Shown here: piece after piece, positions 38,101 to 52,250 of the stretch
How the letters are laid out: every line of letters starts with the position of its first letter
How positions within the stretch are numbered: the first letter of the stretch is position 1
NCBI GenBank assembly: GCA_002633005.1
Contig: NMRA01000025.1
Span: 853,785 to 917,784, forward strand
Length of the DNA: 64,000 bases
Direction of reading: 5' to 3'
From: Phoronis australis
Lineage: Eukaryota; Animalia; Phoronida
Notes under the pieces: generated by a model
What the model saw: the letters and a program-made list of their open reading frames with translations, nothing else
What the model was told of the DNA's origin: nothing
Databases searched by the model: none
Translations under genes and position numbers: made by a program

Positions 38101-41100
38101 CAAACTGTATTGCTCTATAAACTGCTATAAAATAGTTACTGTTTTATAGCAGTTCATAGAGCAATAGACAGCCGGTAGATAGTGAGTGTTATTATTTGAG
38201 TCATGTCCAGAAAATCGACAATTTACAGATTCAAAGATAGAGTTAAGCTTAAACAATCTTAAAGCTAGATCAATGTATAAGCATTCCAATGATTTCTTTT
38301 CAAGTGTCTTTATGTTATTGTTTTGGTTGAACTTTCTAGGAGTCTTTTGACTACATTGGCTCCAGTCGCATGGCTTATGATATGGCCAATGGCAAGTTTC
38401 GAGCTAACGTGACTGACAGAAGCAAGGGGCTGCACAGTATATCATTGGACGATATAAAAGGCATTGTTGAGATCAGCCAGGTTGGGCTAGGGGTCAAGAC
38501 TAATCAGCTGTACCTGCACACTGATGCCAAGAACCGAGCTCAGCCTTATGTAGGTCCACCCTTGCGGCACATTTTCTAGATTTAGAAACTAATACCAGTC
38601 CTGTATCTGAACCTGTGCTTATATTTATGTAAGGATCAGGTGTCCTATGAGAAAGACTTCCGCAAAAACTGAGGAGTAAGTTTTTGAAATAGCGTGTGAG
38701 TGCAGCTTAAATTATGGTACGGGACGGTAAACATTTGGTGCACTTTGATGGAAACTTTTAAAAAAACGTTGTTCCAGGCATATATGCAAGGGCCTGTATA
38801 TTTGCATGTATATCATATGTGTGGTGGCTAGTACTGCGATATCAACTGCAATCTTTAATTGTGATTTTCCTGAAATGAAATTAAAGTACGGTTGCGGTGT
38901 ATTTGATGGTGATCAGGCTGTGAAATATTGACATTGTCTCCATTGCATTCTTTTAAAAAAATGTTATGCAACCCATTTTCGTTAGCCTATCGCAATGGGA
39001 AGCCAGGTAGCACCAGACATGACCACTCTGTGAAGGTTTTTGTTCCGTTTTGGAATCCCGTGTTGAATGTGGTTTTAAGTCGGGTGTGTAATTGGGGTGT
39101 TTGCTGGTTCCTCTGTTGGAGGTCAACTACTTTGCGTCTCCTTGTCATGCTACAATAAGGCTCAGTTTGTTCCCATATTCACATTTAACTTCTCATGTTT
39201 CATTCTGATTTGTCGTTCAAGGTTGGTGAAATGCTGAAGGTGTTCAACTCCACTGCACCAAATGTCAATCTCAGTGTTACTGAGGCAACAACCAAGACAC
39301 TTCCACCTGCATCACTACAGTCATTCCTGAAGCACAGCAACAAAGTACCAGGTGTACTGATTGCCGACCATGACAAAACCTTCCTCAACCAGTAACTATT
39401 TCATGTACACTTTGGTAGACAGTCATTCCTGGCTTGGATTTCAATTCTCTACTCACTTTAAGTTATTTTGTATATATGTGAGGCTTAATAATTGCTTTTC
39501 TGATTTATCAATACATTGGAAGGGTCTGTTGGCTTCAATTACTGTTATCATTTCTCTCATTGTGCTTTGTATTACGATCTGCAACTTTTTCTGATAATTA
39601 CATGTCAGACTTAAACACTGCCTGTATTTTTGGTAATTGTTATCTTGTTGTTTTGGAAAATATTGAATTTCGTTCATTTTATTGTGTATTTGATTGCTGG
39701 TATGCTCACCATAGTCAAGTGAATTGCTTATGAGCATGTAAAGTCATATTTTATGAATCAGTGTTTTAATTAATGCATGTTAGGAATGGGTAAAATGAAA
39801 TGGTCACAGAGGCTGACGTGTACCTGTGTTATTCCAGGTTCTATCACAGCATCTATGACGAGGCAGAACTGATTGATGCTGAGTACCCTGTAGATCTTCC
39901 CGAAAATGAGACCATTGTGACTAAACAAGCTGAGCATCTCCAGAAGGTGGCAACACTAGTGGCGAGGGCGCTGTACACAATGGCAACGGGTAAACCTGAC
40001 AGCACACATATTGAAGCAAACCTAACAACGGTGGGTCTGGTCTCTCTTTCATGTTCATGCAATCTTGTGTCAGCGTCTAATCTTTGTACTATAAATAGAT
40101 CTTGGAAATTATTTTTTATCCACATAAACTGTATTACACTTGAGCACAGAATATTAGACACTTATCTACAGATCACAGAAAAGCAAAAAACCAAAAATAA
40201 TTCTGAATTCAATTCTGATTAGACCCCTGGCCCAGATATGTTGTCTGCGATATGCAGTTGATGGATGTGTGTGCAGTACAAAAACTTTCATCAAAAGTCT
40301 GGCATGAAAAAATTATCAATCAAAACACACTCTGGAAACTCTATTTGAGTTCAAATTTTCTGCCCACTCCTTCCACGGATTCAGAAGAGCAGTGTGCTGC
40401 ATCTTCCTCTGTCATGGTTTGTGGACAACTAACAACTCTGTGTGCTCTGAACTCAAGTCTGTAAGCTCCATGGCCAGAGAACAGTTACCGCCTCCAGATC
40501 TACACAGACTGCCAGCTAGTAATCAATTAAGCTTTTTACAGGTCTGCTCACTGAATTGTTCCTTGACCCTGATACTATTGTGTCACATCATGTTCAGTTG
40601 CTCGTTTCTTTATTTCAGGTCAATCGTCTACTGTACTGTTACGTTCACAACAGATCATGTGACCTGTTCCAGTCTGTGCTTAGTGTTAGCAATGGCAATT
40701 TATTAGGTGAGTCAAACGTGATGTGACATTTTTCCTTGTCTTGACACACTAAGTATCAAAACTATGACAAATTAAGAACATTGAACAAATGATTGAGTTT
40801 AATGGTATAAACACGAAACACGAAAATAATTTGGCAGGCACGCTACGTGTGGCAGGCATGCTAGGCGTGGCAGGCACGCTACGTGTGGCAGGCACGCTAG
40901 GCATGGCAGGCACGCTAGGCGTGGCAGGCACGCTACGCCTGCCAGGCACACTACGCATGGCAGAGCTTTCAGGATGGAATTATGAGCTTAAAAAAACTTT
41001 TCGCACGGAAAACCGTGAAATAATTTCAGCTACAACGGAGATTGAAAAATTCTTGGTCCCTGGTTTGGAGAAATAAATAAAGTGATCTGTTGGCATTGGC

Positions 41101-44008
41101 ATTGTTACTGTTGCGTTAACTATGATTTTTCTTTCCAGCCAAACAACAAAATTTCTCTCTATATGTGGGAGTTTCTTACCAAAGCAGTTGGCTGACCTTA
41201 TTAACCAGAAATCTACTAGCCCTCTACACTGGTGAAGTGGCCAACATAACTTACAGCGATGAAAGCCCTGAATCCGACAATGATAAGAAGTGTAAAGATT
41301 TGAATCGCAACAGCAAAGACAAGGTGTAGATTAAAAATGGCGTTATCATAACAGTTTGTTCTGGTCTATGTTTTGTTTTGTTTTTGAAAATGGAGTTGGT
41401 ATTACGCTTCTTTCATAGTTGTTATCTTTTTCAAAAAAGAGAATCCACCAAAGGTGAGCAAAAACTATGCAGGATTTGTTTTTCATTTAATGCAGGCAGG
41501 CATTTTGGATCATTTCAAAATGAATCGGGGTAGAGACCAGAACGAACTGTGCATTTTTTTGACATTGTGTATAATTTTGTCTAGATAACAATCCTGTGAA
41601 ATTATTTCTCATGTGCTCCACAAGTTAATGACTAATCATTCTGAAACTAGTAAGTTGTGCCTCGGCACCATGTGATTTTATAAACTACTTATTTTTTCTT
41701 GTCGGTGAAGTTTGTTGCATCCAGGACATTTTTCCTGGACTGACCGGCGTTCCTTGGGTTGTTACCGGATATAACGTTCCCGTAGTTTTCTCCACTGAAT
41801 AACAGACATCAAACTGGTTCTCAAAATGTGGACATGTTATGTCTGATTATTGCTCTTCCTTCCTCGCTCCATTCATCGCCATCCTTCCATTCTCGTTCCA
41901 GTCATCCCTGTATTCTCTTCCTCAATTGTTCTGCCTGCCTTTCATGCGGTTGATCATATTTTTCCATTTAGATTTAAACTAATTCAACATGTAATGCATT
42001 TTTGATTTGTGCTCTAGGTGTTTTGTGTCCAAATTCTCTCTCGTTTCTAAATGTTTCATTGTTCCTGCATGTGTAGATGTTAATTAAGGAACTAACTGTT
42101 TCAGGATGAGCCTTGGTTCTACTTGCCACAGCAGGGACCTCTGGTGGATGGTGTGAGACACCCCGCCTGTATTAAAACTCTTGCCAACTACTCCTCTGCT
42201 ATATCACCAGCTTTTGTCATATCTGGTATGCACCTCATCTCTTAGAAATTTTTTATAATGTTTATTATGAAAAATGTAATGTACAATTATAATTGGAATT
42301 AAGTCCAGAAAGTGCTTTATAGCCTAGAAGGCATTATGTCTCCTAGGAATCATTTACACTTGCTGAGTCAGACATCCTTCATACTTCTGGTGACTGTTTC
42401 ATGAAAAGTGACTTAAGACTCAAATCAATAATTTGGTCGTACGCTCCACACAACTACAAGTATTTGGTCGTACGCTCCACACAACTACAAGTATTTCTGA
42501 GAAATATTAAATCTCACTTGTCAGAGCAAAAATGCAAAGTTTCTTAGAATAAATTATTCACACATAACTGCTAGTTATTGAGATAATAAATTATTTCTGG
42601 AGTTTGATGCGCTTGTAATTACTTGCCTTGGATAAACTTTTTCAACAGTTGTCAAGTGGGAGCGCAAGATTATGTCACTTACATGAAGAAGATCTGTGGT
42701 GAAATTTAATTGAATCTAGCTTTTTAAAAGTTTTTATAAGAATATCTCTGTTTAAAAACAGGCATTAGGATATATGTCTTTTTCACTTGTTGGTCAGTCT
42801 TCTCTTGTCCACAGCAAATAAGGTGGCTGTTTCATGGTAAGTGGCTTACACTCACACTTCACAAATGTTGGATGAAGTTTTATCCAAATAATTATGAGGG
42901 GATCGCAGTTTAGAAATAATTGATAGAAATTATCTCAGTAGCAAGCAGCTGTTTGTATGTCCGTGGAGGCTGAACTTTTGCTTTAGTGAGATTTATTTAT
43001 TTTTCAGAAATAGTGGTGGGGAGCTTAATATCAAATAGTTGTGGGAGCTTAATATCAAATTGCTGACTTAAGCCTTAAGTCACTTTTCGTTTTCATGAAG
43101 TTTGTTTTCATTCTCTTCTGGAGGAAAGAGTATGTGTCCTTTGTACAATGTGTCAAATGTGTCTATACTTCAAGTGGATATGAGATGTGTGTGCAACAAC
43201 AGAGTTGTGGTGCACGAGAAAATGAATACAGCTAATCATGAGACAAGACATTTGTTGAGAATGGCGGGTGATCTTTGAAGAAGGATTCTCTGCCATGAAT
43301 ATAAACATAGTTACTGTCAGTGGTTTCCATGACAGCAGCATTTTTGCATACAACAAGGGATGACGTTATCCATTAGCACAGTGTTTACCAGTAATCTTGC
43401 GAATAATCTTTTAAGATTATTTTAAAAAAACTATTTTATCCTTTGCGCAGCCTTGAACATGTCTTAACGGTTGCAGAATTCTATACATTGGTCTTTTTTT
43501 CTCGTTCAAGGGGCAAATAAAAGGATGAAAATGGCGGTCGTTTTATTCTCTGTTTAACCACTTCGTCAATTCTTTTTAGGTTACAATTATTCTTCGGGAG
43601 AGTATCCAACATGGGCAGAAAGTATTTGGTCCACCGAAATTTATGTCAAGGTTTTCATGATCCCCAGTGAGAAACTTAAGGTGAGTTGCTAGTCAGGATT
43701 TCTGTTAAGGTACCTGAGTAAATGTAATTCTCACTTTACTTGGCATTTGCTTGAAAAAATTCCCAATATTGTTGTAGCTTTATGTGCTTCATATGATTTT
43801 GAGAGCAATATTTTAGCAGAAAACGTTTACACGAGAATGTGATATCACTTCTATTATTTTGCAGACGGTCACCTTGTCCATAGGTGTCATCATCTTCCTT
43901 GTCTCCGGTGTCATCATTTACTTCGTGTCAAAACGCGCCAATATTCTGTTTGCCGGTAACACATCACAGGTGTTTGTGAGGTCAGAAGCCTCAGCCGTCT
44001 CCAGCTAG
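32117..44008 (+). CDS. NCSTN: Nicastrin (gamma-secretase subunit); first, signal-peptide exon not identified
   Basis: Exons 32117-32218 (SVDKQIY..CFRILNGTHQFGCS), 33231-33363, 33589-33710, 34626-34768 (WNPFGSGL..PIFL), 35038-35179, 36047-36153, 37104-37161 (MDSTSFF..PGA), 37851-37954, 38340-38549 (ESFDYIGSSRMAYDM, the DYIGS motif), 39222-39391 (LPPASLQSFL), 39838-40030 (FYHSIYD), 40619-40706, 41139-41323, 42105-42225 (SPAF), 43580-43680 (YPTWAESIW), 43865-44008 (TM helix, TAG). All phases are consistent. Confidence 0.96.
40832..40963. repeat. 18-bp minisatellite x~7 in an NCSTN intron
   Basis: Unit TGGCAGGCACGCTA(C/G)G(T/C)G. Confidence 0.85.
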
Positions 44009-44250
44009 GTCTTTCCGTCTGTTTTCGCCTCTGAAGGTCAAAGTCTGAAAAGGACTGTTTCTTGTTCCTAGTTGTTTATGCANATTTACTTCGTGTCAAA
44101 ACGCGCCAATATTCTGTTTGCCGGTAACACATCACAGGTGTTTGTGAGGTCAGAAGCCTTAGCCGTCTCCAGCTAGGTCTTTCCGTCTGTTTTTGCCGCT
44201 GAAGGTCAAAGTCTGAAAAGGACTGTTTCTTGTTCCTAGTTGTTTATGCA
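43916..44250 (+). repeat. ~167-bp duplication of the NCSTN last-exon end across the N at 44083
   Basis: 43916-44082 vs 44084-44250, with three substitutions seen. Confidence 0.9.
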
Positions 44251-45398
44251 AAATTCCGGAAAGTCAAATGCTGCTTGAAAGTCAAGAAATCTCTGACACC
44301 TAATACCTAACAATTTGTATACATTGTATCTCCTAATCAACAAATTTTTTTATCCGTTTTGCAAATCTAATGAAATGGAAAACTGCCACTGTGTTGCACG
44401 TGCAGCAGCTGTGGTTTCCTTAATTTTGCACCACCATTTTTTAATGTTACAAAAAATATAGTGTGCAATAGTAAGAGTTATGTCTGGGCCAGTTTTATGT
44501 TGAGTGAGGTATTCTCTAGTTTTGGCTGTCTTAGCTAACAAATGGATACTGCCTCATCGTGCCAGACTGTTGCTTGGAGACAAATTTTTCTTTCAGGTTT
44601 TGTCTTTATCAGTCTGCATCAATTTGTGGTATTTATAATTTATTTTGAAATATCAGAATCGGAATAGAAACCATCAAATCACATGTGTGCTTCCCATAGT
44701 TTTGCATTAGTCTATTCACTCTTAAATCATTCAGCACGAGACCATTGGAGCCATAACATGAAACCAGTGGCCACAACCTTTGTCCATCGTCAGTTTATCT
44801 TACACACAATCAGTGACTAGTGAAAACAAGGTTGATCACTGAAAAGAATGAAAACAATTTCACATATAGATATGTACATTGTTTTTTCTAGTTATTAGTG
44901 AAAAATTTTATTTGGTCTTATGTTTGTCACACACACACAAAAACTCTTTTTTAATTAGCATCTTCAGTTGGCTATACCTTTGGCATTTTAGTGATAGGAA
45001 TTTTCTTAAAACTGCATTTTTCCGTTTATTTGTAAATGGTGAATTCTTAATGGAGCTTTAGGGTTTAAAAACATTCTCACGGTCATTTAAACTTGAAATG
45101 TTGCCAACTGATCCGGCAGTTGAAGCCACTGGCAATGCATACTGCACACAGCTTTTTGAATTCACAATTTTAGGGTTGTCCAACCCCAAGTCTCTTAAGT
45201 GTTTTCTTCAGTTGCTGATGGTTTCCACTTTCTTGTTAGTTACAAAAATGGAATCCTATCGCAGAAAGGAGTGTTATGAGAATGATTTTATGAAAGTAAG
45301 AGGCCTAAATACAGCAAAATGCAACTTTAAATAGTTAGAAGCAGCAAGCAGTCCTTTTCAGTTCCAAGTGTTAGCATTTCTATATTTTATCAAAAAAG

Positions 45399-45840
45399 TT
45401 AAAAACCGGACGATCGCCGCACAAATAAAAAAGTTCATGTTCAATTCAACGTTTCGTCTTTTCATAAGACATCAGGATCATATTTACAACAATTTAGGAC
45501 AACAAGTGCCAACATACAGCTCGGGTAACATCCATAAATTGAAGTAAGATATACAGGAATATAGTCAGTAGCTGGTCATCACCATAGTTGCAGGGTCACT
45601 GAGCTACTGATTCTGTGAATAACATGCAGAGCTCAGTGACCCTGCAGCTATGGTTATGACCAGCTACTGACTATATTCCCTGTATCTCTCCCTTCACTTT
45701 ATGGATGTTACCCGAGCTGTATGTTGGCACTTGTTGTCCTAAATTGTTGTAAATATGATCCTGATGATGTCTAATGAAAAGATGATACGTTGAATTGAAC
45801 ATGAACTTTTTTATTTGTGCGGCGATCGTCCGGTTTTTAA
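45399..45840. mobile_element. Fold-back MITE: ~205-bp inverted arms around a ~24-bp loop, TTAA at both ends
   Basis: TTAAAAACCGGACGATCGCCGCAC..GGTCACTGAGCT and AGCTCAGTGACC..GTGCGGCGATCGTCCGGTTTTTAA. Confidence 0.85.
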
Positions 45841-46601
45841 TCTTATTGTGGCCAAAAACTGATTTAAGTACCAAATAAGTTCCATAGTGTATGAAGTGTT
45901 CTTCAAAAACATGATGGATGTGACCACTGACTGTCCTTGAAAGCTGTCAAATAGTTTGAATCACAGATAGAAGAAATGCTTATGCATGTTAGTCCATTGA
46001 TGTCATGAGGATCTTGGCAGGGTCAACTTAATGTGTGGCCCAATATATGTGTCTCCTTAGTGTGTGTACCTAGTGATGAACGAAGGGTAACAAGACATGA
46101 CTGTAATGCGTGATAGCATACAAAGACGTTGTAGCATTTCAGTCGGTTTGTGATTGTTATGCACTAAAATATATTTGCGAATGCGAAAACCTGAACTGAA
46201 AAGATAGTCGTTGACGGTAACGAGTTATAACAAAGTAAAATGACGACTGTCTAGTATGTAATGAGATTTTTCAGTCCTTTAGAGTGCAGCCAAGGTTTCA
46301 AACTGTCAATACAAATAAGTCTAGTAGGTGGCAGTGAGAAGCAATCCCGTGAATTCTACCTGATTCAGGGTTTCACTGTGTGTAATTATGAATACTAAGT
46401 CACTGTGGAATGAATGATTTCAGTCAAAAACATGAACCAAAACAAGTTTTCATGGACAGCTTTGCATGGGGTTTCATAACGCAAAGATGAAACTTTCTAG
46501 ACAGGGAGCCTTGTTGAATATTGATGTTCTTATTTATTTTTTGTACTTTGTGTGTAGAAAATAACTTTTTTGAAAACTGAATACTGCGTTATGAACACAC
46601 A

Positions 46602-46789
46602 TTGATCCTTATGGTGGTGACAGCATCCAATGAGCATATGTTGATCCTTATGGTGGTGACAGCATCCAATGAGCATATGTTGATCCTCATGGTGGTGACA
46701 GCATCCAATGAGCATATGTTGATCCTTATGGTGGTGACAGCATCCAATGAGCATATGTTGATCCTTATGGTGGTGACAGCATCCAATGA
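46602..46789. repeat. 39-bp minisatellite x~4.8
   Basis: Unit TTGATCCTTATGGTGGTGACAGCATCCAATGAGCATATG. Confidence 0.9.
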
Positions 46790-48180
46790 ATTACTGTCAA
46801 TACAATAGTCATGTCATCTGTGAGATTAATAAATTTTAATAAGAGTACAACGTTCAATGATACGGAGTAAAAACAGTGTTTGTCATCTTTTGACCTTCAT
46901 TAAGTTAACTGATGTATTTAAAATATTTTGTAATTGCTAATTTTGTGATCTTGGGATCCCACTTTGTTTAAAGTGGAGCACCATTTTGAAGCACACTCAA
47001 AGTTCAACAGATCAAGTAGAGTATCAGATTCCAGTATAAACTGCTCAGGCACAGATGCTTAGCCATGCAAGCCATTAGGTCCACAAAACCAAAACAAAGG
47101 GGGCGCTACAATTGAAATGACTGCATTATGTTTGTTTTGTCAGCCACTCAGAAATGATTATGCACAATACTTATTTGTTCCATGTTCCATCATATACTTA
47201 TTTTCAAAGGTAGCAAAGCACACTTGTTATTGTTTTGAACTTGTCATTGTTTTATTATTTGTACATAATGCTTAATTGTATACAGTTTACTTAATGTAAT
47301 AAAAATTGGTATCTTTACAGCATTGCTTTAATTTTTAGATGTTATGAACCTCACAATAGTGTTGTCAACAAGAGATGATTTGCATGCCAAGCTTTCCTCA
47401 AAACATATCTTCCAACTCAACTGGTAACATTTGAGGCAATAATGGACCCAACAGATTCTTGTAGCTGACAACTGTTTAACTTTTAAAGTCTCATATGTGC
47501 AAGCCAAGATACGTAATCCTTTTTAGCAGGTTGACGCACCCAAGAAACTTGATAGAAATGTTTACTTTTCACGTGTGTGTTGTTTTTAGGTGGATTTGTG
47601 AATAATGAATATGGAAAATTTTGATCGCGTATTTTACATAACATTTATTTCCAAAGTCAACATGAGTTGACAAAACAACAATACTTTTCATAACAGTAAT
47701 AAACACATCCGAAGAGTTTCAAAATACAAGGACACTTTTCTACTTGGCTACTAAATAAAATGTAAAACTTAAAAGTACATTTAATATCATGCTGTTGCTG
47801 ACATTCAGCACGACTAAGTTAAATATTTAACGTGTAGGTAAAATACCACAGACATAATGGCTGCACTTGATTGATTTCATAGGTTCTGCAAGGTCAACCA
47901 ACTAAGATATCTGATTTGTTTAAAAGCTGTTGTCATTAAGATCCTATCGGATGTCTTGGCCAGTTGACCCAGCGCAGACAATCAAGTGCACCCAATACGT
48001 AAACAGGTATGCACTCTGTGTGACACTATTGCTTTGAGCTTTTCCGCTGATATATTTCAGCCTTTTAAAGATGACTTGGCAACACTCCATCTAAATCTCA
48101 GTTCTCGCATACAATTATGCAGGCTGTCAGAGTGAGGTGGCAAATCAATAAATACGTGATTAACTTGTTGGTGTCTCGTC

Positions 48181-49356
48181 TCATCGACTACTTGCTTTGT
48201 ACGGTCTTCTGAACAACAAGATATGAGGTTCTGAAAGAAGAAAAAATGGACAGACCATGAGCGAAAAGATATCTAAGTATTGTAATCCATGTTCAGGAGC
48301 CAGAGTCTAACATTTGTACTCGCAACCGAGCTCAAAATTAGTCTGTGCTCGAATACAATATGCTTTATAGATATATATTTCTAGTCCGAGTTTGCACTTC
48401 ATCACCCCTATATCTGTGCTACAAGTAGGAACTCAAGATTTAAAGTAAAAACTTTGGGGTTCAAACTTTAAATCAGGGCAAGCCTCCAAATCTAAGTACT
48501 GCAACTCTGCAAGTGTTGTATGCAACTAGTTTATGTAAGTATTGACAGGTTCCATATATAAATTCAGCACAACTAAACACAAAGAAATTTTCTGCAAATG
48601 ACAAATTTGGGAAAATTGTGCATTGTAGAACCCCCAAAACTCGCCCCAGTTGCACAAGAAATTTGCACCATAAACTAAACCAAAGAAAGTTTTAAATCGT
48701 AAAATTCTTTGCCTTGAGGAGACAATGGTGTCGCCAATGCACCATTGTATGTCTATGATCGACAACACAGTGTTGTACATCAAGGCATATGTATGTAGCT
48801 CACTTTTCGTTCCAAAATGCTATCCCTTGAGTTTATGTCCTGAACTCGTATACGTAAATCTCTGGAAGCTGGGTGACTGCATTACACCTTGCAGTTCCAG
48901 TGTCATCTTCTCCGGCATGACATGACCTACCTGGTATGTGCACCATGTAGTGTTCCCAGCCAGGTGACTGCTGCACGCCAAGGTTGCGCCACTCCGTCTC
49001 CGACATCAGATGGTTCCTTGGCACAAACTTGGAAATTTCCTTTGGCAGCACCACATGTCTAAAATTATGAATGGCGATGTAAAAGAAAAGGAGAATACAA
49101 GAACCATTTGAGATTTTAGCAGTGTAACCCCCAAAAGCATCACAGAAGGCAGCGCAGAGCTTCAGGCAAAATTTCCCCACCAAAGCTCCACCCATACTTA
49201 AGTACAGTCAAATGTTGTGCCTGTTGCCCCAAACCCAAATATGGATAGAGGGTGGAGTCCTACCAGTTAATATATGCACAGCACAACTCACCTGTACTCG
49301 TAGTGCTCATCCATGTACTTCTCGGAGTACGATATGTTTTCTATGGCAGTAGACAT
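48181..49356 (-). CDS. CKS1: Cyclin-dependent kinases regulatory subunit (CKS1/CKS2 family), 80 aa
   Basis: Exons 49356-49292 ([22 protein letters not shown]), 49058-48931 ([42 protein letters not shown]), 48230-48181 ([16 protein letters not shown]). Hallmark CKS motifs. An acceptor at 49395 implies an upstream non-coding exon. Confidence 0.96.
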
Positions 49357-49954
49357 TGTGAACAACCACACAACACGCCTTTATTCATTGAAAGCTGAAA
49401 AGAAAACATTTGAATAAAATTGATAAAGCTGCAAGCTAGTAAGAAAGTGACATTGACCCCTGACAAAGCACCAACAGGCATTAAAATCATACGGTTTTTG
49501 CAAGTTTTATTTTCAGATTTGGAACAGTAGCAACACAGAAATAGGAATAACTCAAGGTCAACTTAGAGAGACCTTGACTTCAGTTACATGAACTAAGGTG
49601 GGAGCTCACAAGCTGTAATAAAATTTATTCTTCCCAGATCGTTGCTTGTTTCTTTAACCATGGGCATTGGACTACAATTAACAACTGAAACGTCTCGGAA
49701 GTGGACGATAGGGGATATGACGTCATACTACCTGCCACACGCTGTTTTTAAAAATGGCCAGTTTCCAATATTGGGAACTGAACAAAGGACTGCTCGAAGA
49801 AAAAGTTTGAAAACGGCAGTATTTGTTTGCCTATAGGAACTACACCGTCTCTATTTAGCCAGCTATAGACCGTGGTCACTGTCTATGGGCGCAAAACAAA
49901 ACTACCACTAGGAGGCGCCACAGTAGTCAGTCACCATCATCAAAGGTCGTCTTC

Positions 49955-51005
49955 ATAAAAACAATCTATTCCCAAGTTTGGAGCGCATTGTAAAAAGGCT
50001 GATGTCCGATGTTGTCGGCAACTTGTTGGTACTTTGTTGATTGAAAGGTTCAGCACCGTTCATTAACTGCACAGGAATTTGCACTTCGTTGACAGGCCGC
50101 GTTATCACCACGGTTTGTATCTGTAGTTGGATTATTTGTCGTACCAGCATCTGAATCAATGTCTGTATTTGGCTGAGCAAAATCCCGAAATTACTCCCCC
50201 CGGAAACACAAACTTTTGGGATAGACACAGTGAAGAGTTGTAACGGCTTGCCAGTTTTTCACAGGGTGCAATCATAAATATTGGACCACCCAAACAAACT
50301 CGGCGAAAGCGTTTTTATTCATATGTATGTTGAGCTGCTGGTAACACCGATCTGTGTCACGGGACGCGCAGAATATTGAAAAATGCACTTTTTGGGCATT
50401 AAATTCCTCATTTCTGAAATTACTGATGGCCTATTTCTTTGAGCGACTGCCGACCAGCCGTTAATATTGAGAGAAGTGGTCATCATTTCAAGCTTTTTTT
50501 AAATTTTGCCAACACAACACTTTCTTAATTCTGGCCGATCCCCTTGAACCCGTCCAAAATAACATTCTTGCCGTCCAACAGAAGGCCGCTGCATAAACCC
50601 TTGCTTGGGAGTCCGATTATTTTACACTTTGAAACGTACAGTTGTATATTTTAACGAATAAAATCTTTTAATGTGTATGACGTGACTTCCGTGTGTAACG
50701 CGGAGTCGTATATAGCTCTTCTAAATTACAAACTCTGAACTGAATGTCTCGTGGTCTAGAGGTTTAGAGCAAATTTGCTACGTCATATGACCAAGGTACG
50801 ATACCCGATGTCATCAGCAAAGTTTTTGAGTAACAAATTTGTATTGAATGAAACAAAAATTATGAACTTGTTGAATCAAATAATCGTGGAGAGCGGAAAA
50901 AGATTAGAAAATTAATAAACGTAGAGACCTGAATAAGCATCGTATAGACCGGAAAACGAGTCTGAAAAAATAATCGTATAGATACGGCTATTCGAAACTC
51001 GAGAG
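49955..51005 (-). mobile_element. Left half of the same TA-TSD element family (CKS intron 1)
   Basis: Reverse complement of ~25242-26290, ending AACTCGAGAG-TA. Confidence 0.8.
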
Positions 51006-51239
51006 TATCTTGTATTTGATCTTGACATCATGAGCTACTCTTTGTTGAAGCACAACGAACACTCAGTTTTTGGCAGACATTTCCAATGTCTGACCACATG
51101 TTAAGTCGCAGTAAATCACCATCAGTAAATGCCGGATTTCGCAGTAGTCCAGAGATAAAAGCCAGCAACCCGTGGTACCACGAGTATAAACAATGTTGTT
51201 TTGCATAATAAGAGTTTAATTACATTCAAACTGATACTA

Positions 51240-52250
51240 ATTTATTTGCTGGGTGCATACTAATTGATCTGTCTAAGGCTTTTGATTGCCTCCCCCATGA
51301 GCTCCTTGTTGTCAAACTAAAAGCCTATGGCTGCACATTGAATACCTGTAACCTCATAATGTCCTATCTCAGTGATAGAAGGATGAGAGTTAAAATTGGC
51401 TCCACTGTCAGTGACTGGTTAAATGTCCCCAAGGGCGTTCCTCAAAGGTCTGTTTTAGGCCCCATGTTATTCAACATTTCTATCAAAGATATATTTTACG
51501 CTATAAGTGGTCACTGTAAGTTATATAATTCCGCTGATGACAATACCCTATTGCAAGCAGGCTCCTCTTTATCTGCAGTCCGCCTCAGCCTCAAGGTAGC
51601 TGGGCAGATGGCAATGGATTGGTTCTCCTCTAATGGAATGGGTGTAAACCCTGGTAAATTTAAGTCAATCATCTTTTCTAGGAATCGTGTACATAATAAT
51701 GATAGGTATCTCATGTCTGGTGATACTATGATTTAGTGTGAAGAGTCCGTTAAGCTGCTAGGCCTCCAACTTGATAGCCAGTTAAAATTCCATGAGCACG
51801 TTGATGTTATTTGCAAAAAACTTCTAGACAAATGAATGCCTTGTTCCGTCTTCGTAATGTTTTAGGCATTAACAGTAAGCTTAGGTGAAAACTCTCTCTA
51901 TGTGAAACGCTTTAATACGATGACCTACGGATGTAACTCAATCTCCTATAAAGGTACTTTGCTATGGAACTCTTTGCCATCAGTAATGAGACAATGTACT
52001 GCCTTAAATGAATTTGCCACTCTTGCTCATGATTTTTTCTCTGAGATTGACTTTTGTGAAAACTGATACGGATGTCTACACGCTCTGTAACATATATGTG
52101 TACTTTTGTATTTATATTTATGTTTAAGTTATTATTTTAGTTCTGTATCTTCAATTTGTAGATTATAAATTTGTCAGATAATAGCCCTTGTGCTAACGTT
52201 TCATTGTTAAATCTCACGTACTTTTAAATAAAGATTATTACTACTACTAC
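51240..52250 (+). mobile_element. 5'-truncated CR1/L2-group LINE: degenerate reverse transcriptase plus 3' tail
   Basis: IDLSKAFDCLPHELL..GVPQRSVLGPMLFNI..LYNSADDNTL (mutated YADD), followed by stops and frameshifts. Ends AATAAA + (TTA)(CTA)n. Confidence 0.9.

Noticed and set aside
40749-41076. Repetitive AGTL / SVPAT ORFs resembling structural proteins
   Set aside because: An 18-bp intronic minisatellite open on both strands. The NCSTN exons on either side join in phase without it.
46530-46808. His/Cys-rich repeat ORF (MLIGCCHHHKDQH)n as a metal-binding peptide
   Set aside because: A 39-bp minisatellite open in several frames on both strands.
51338-51736. Active or novel reverse transcriptase system
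   Set aside because: Ordinary 5'-truncated CR1-group LINE with mutated catalytic motifs and stops.
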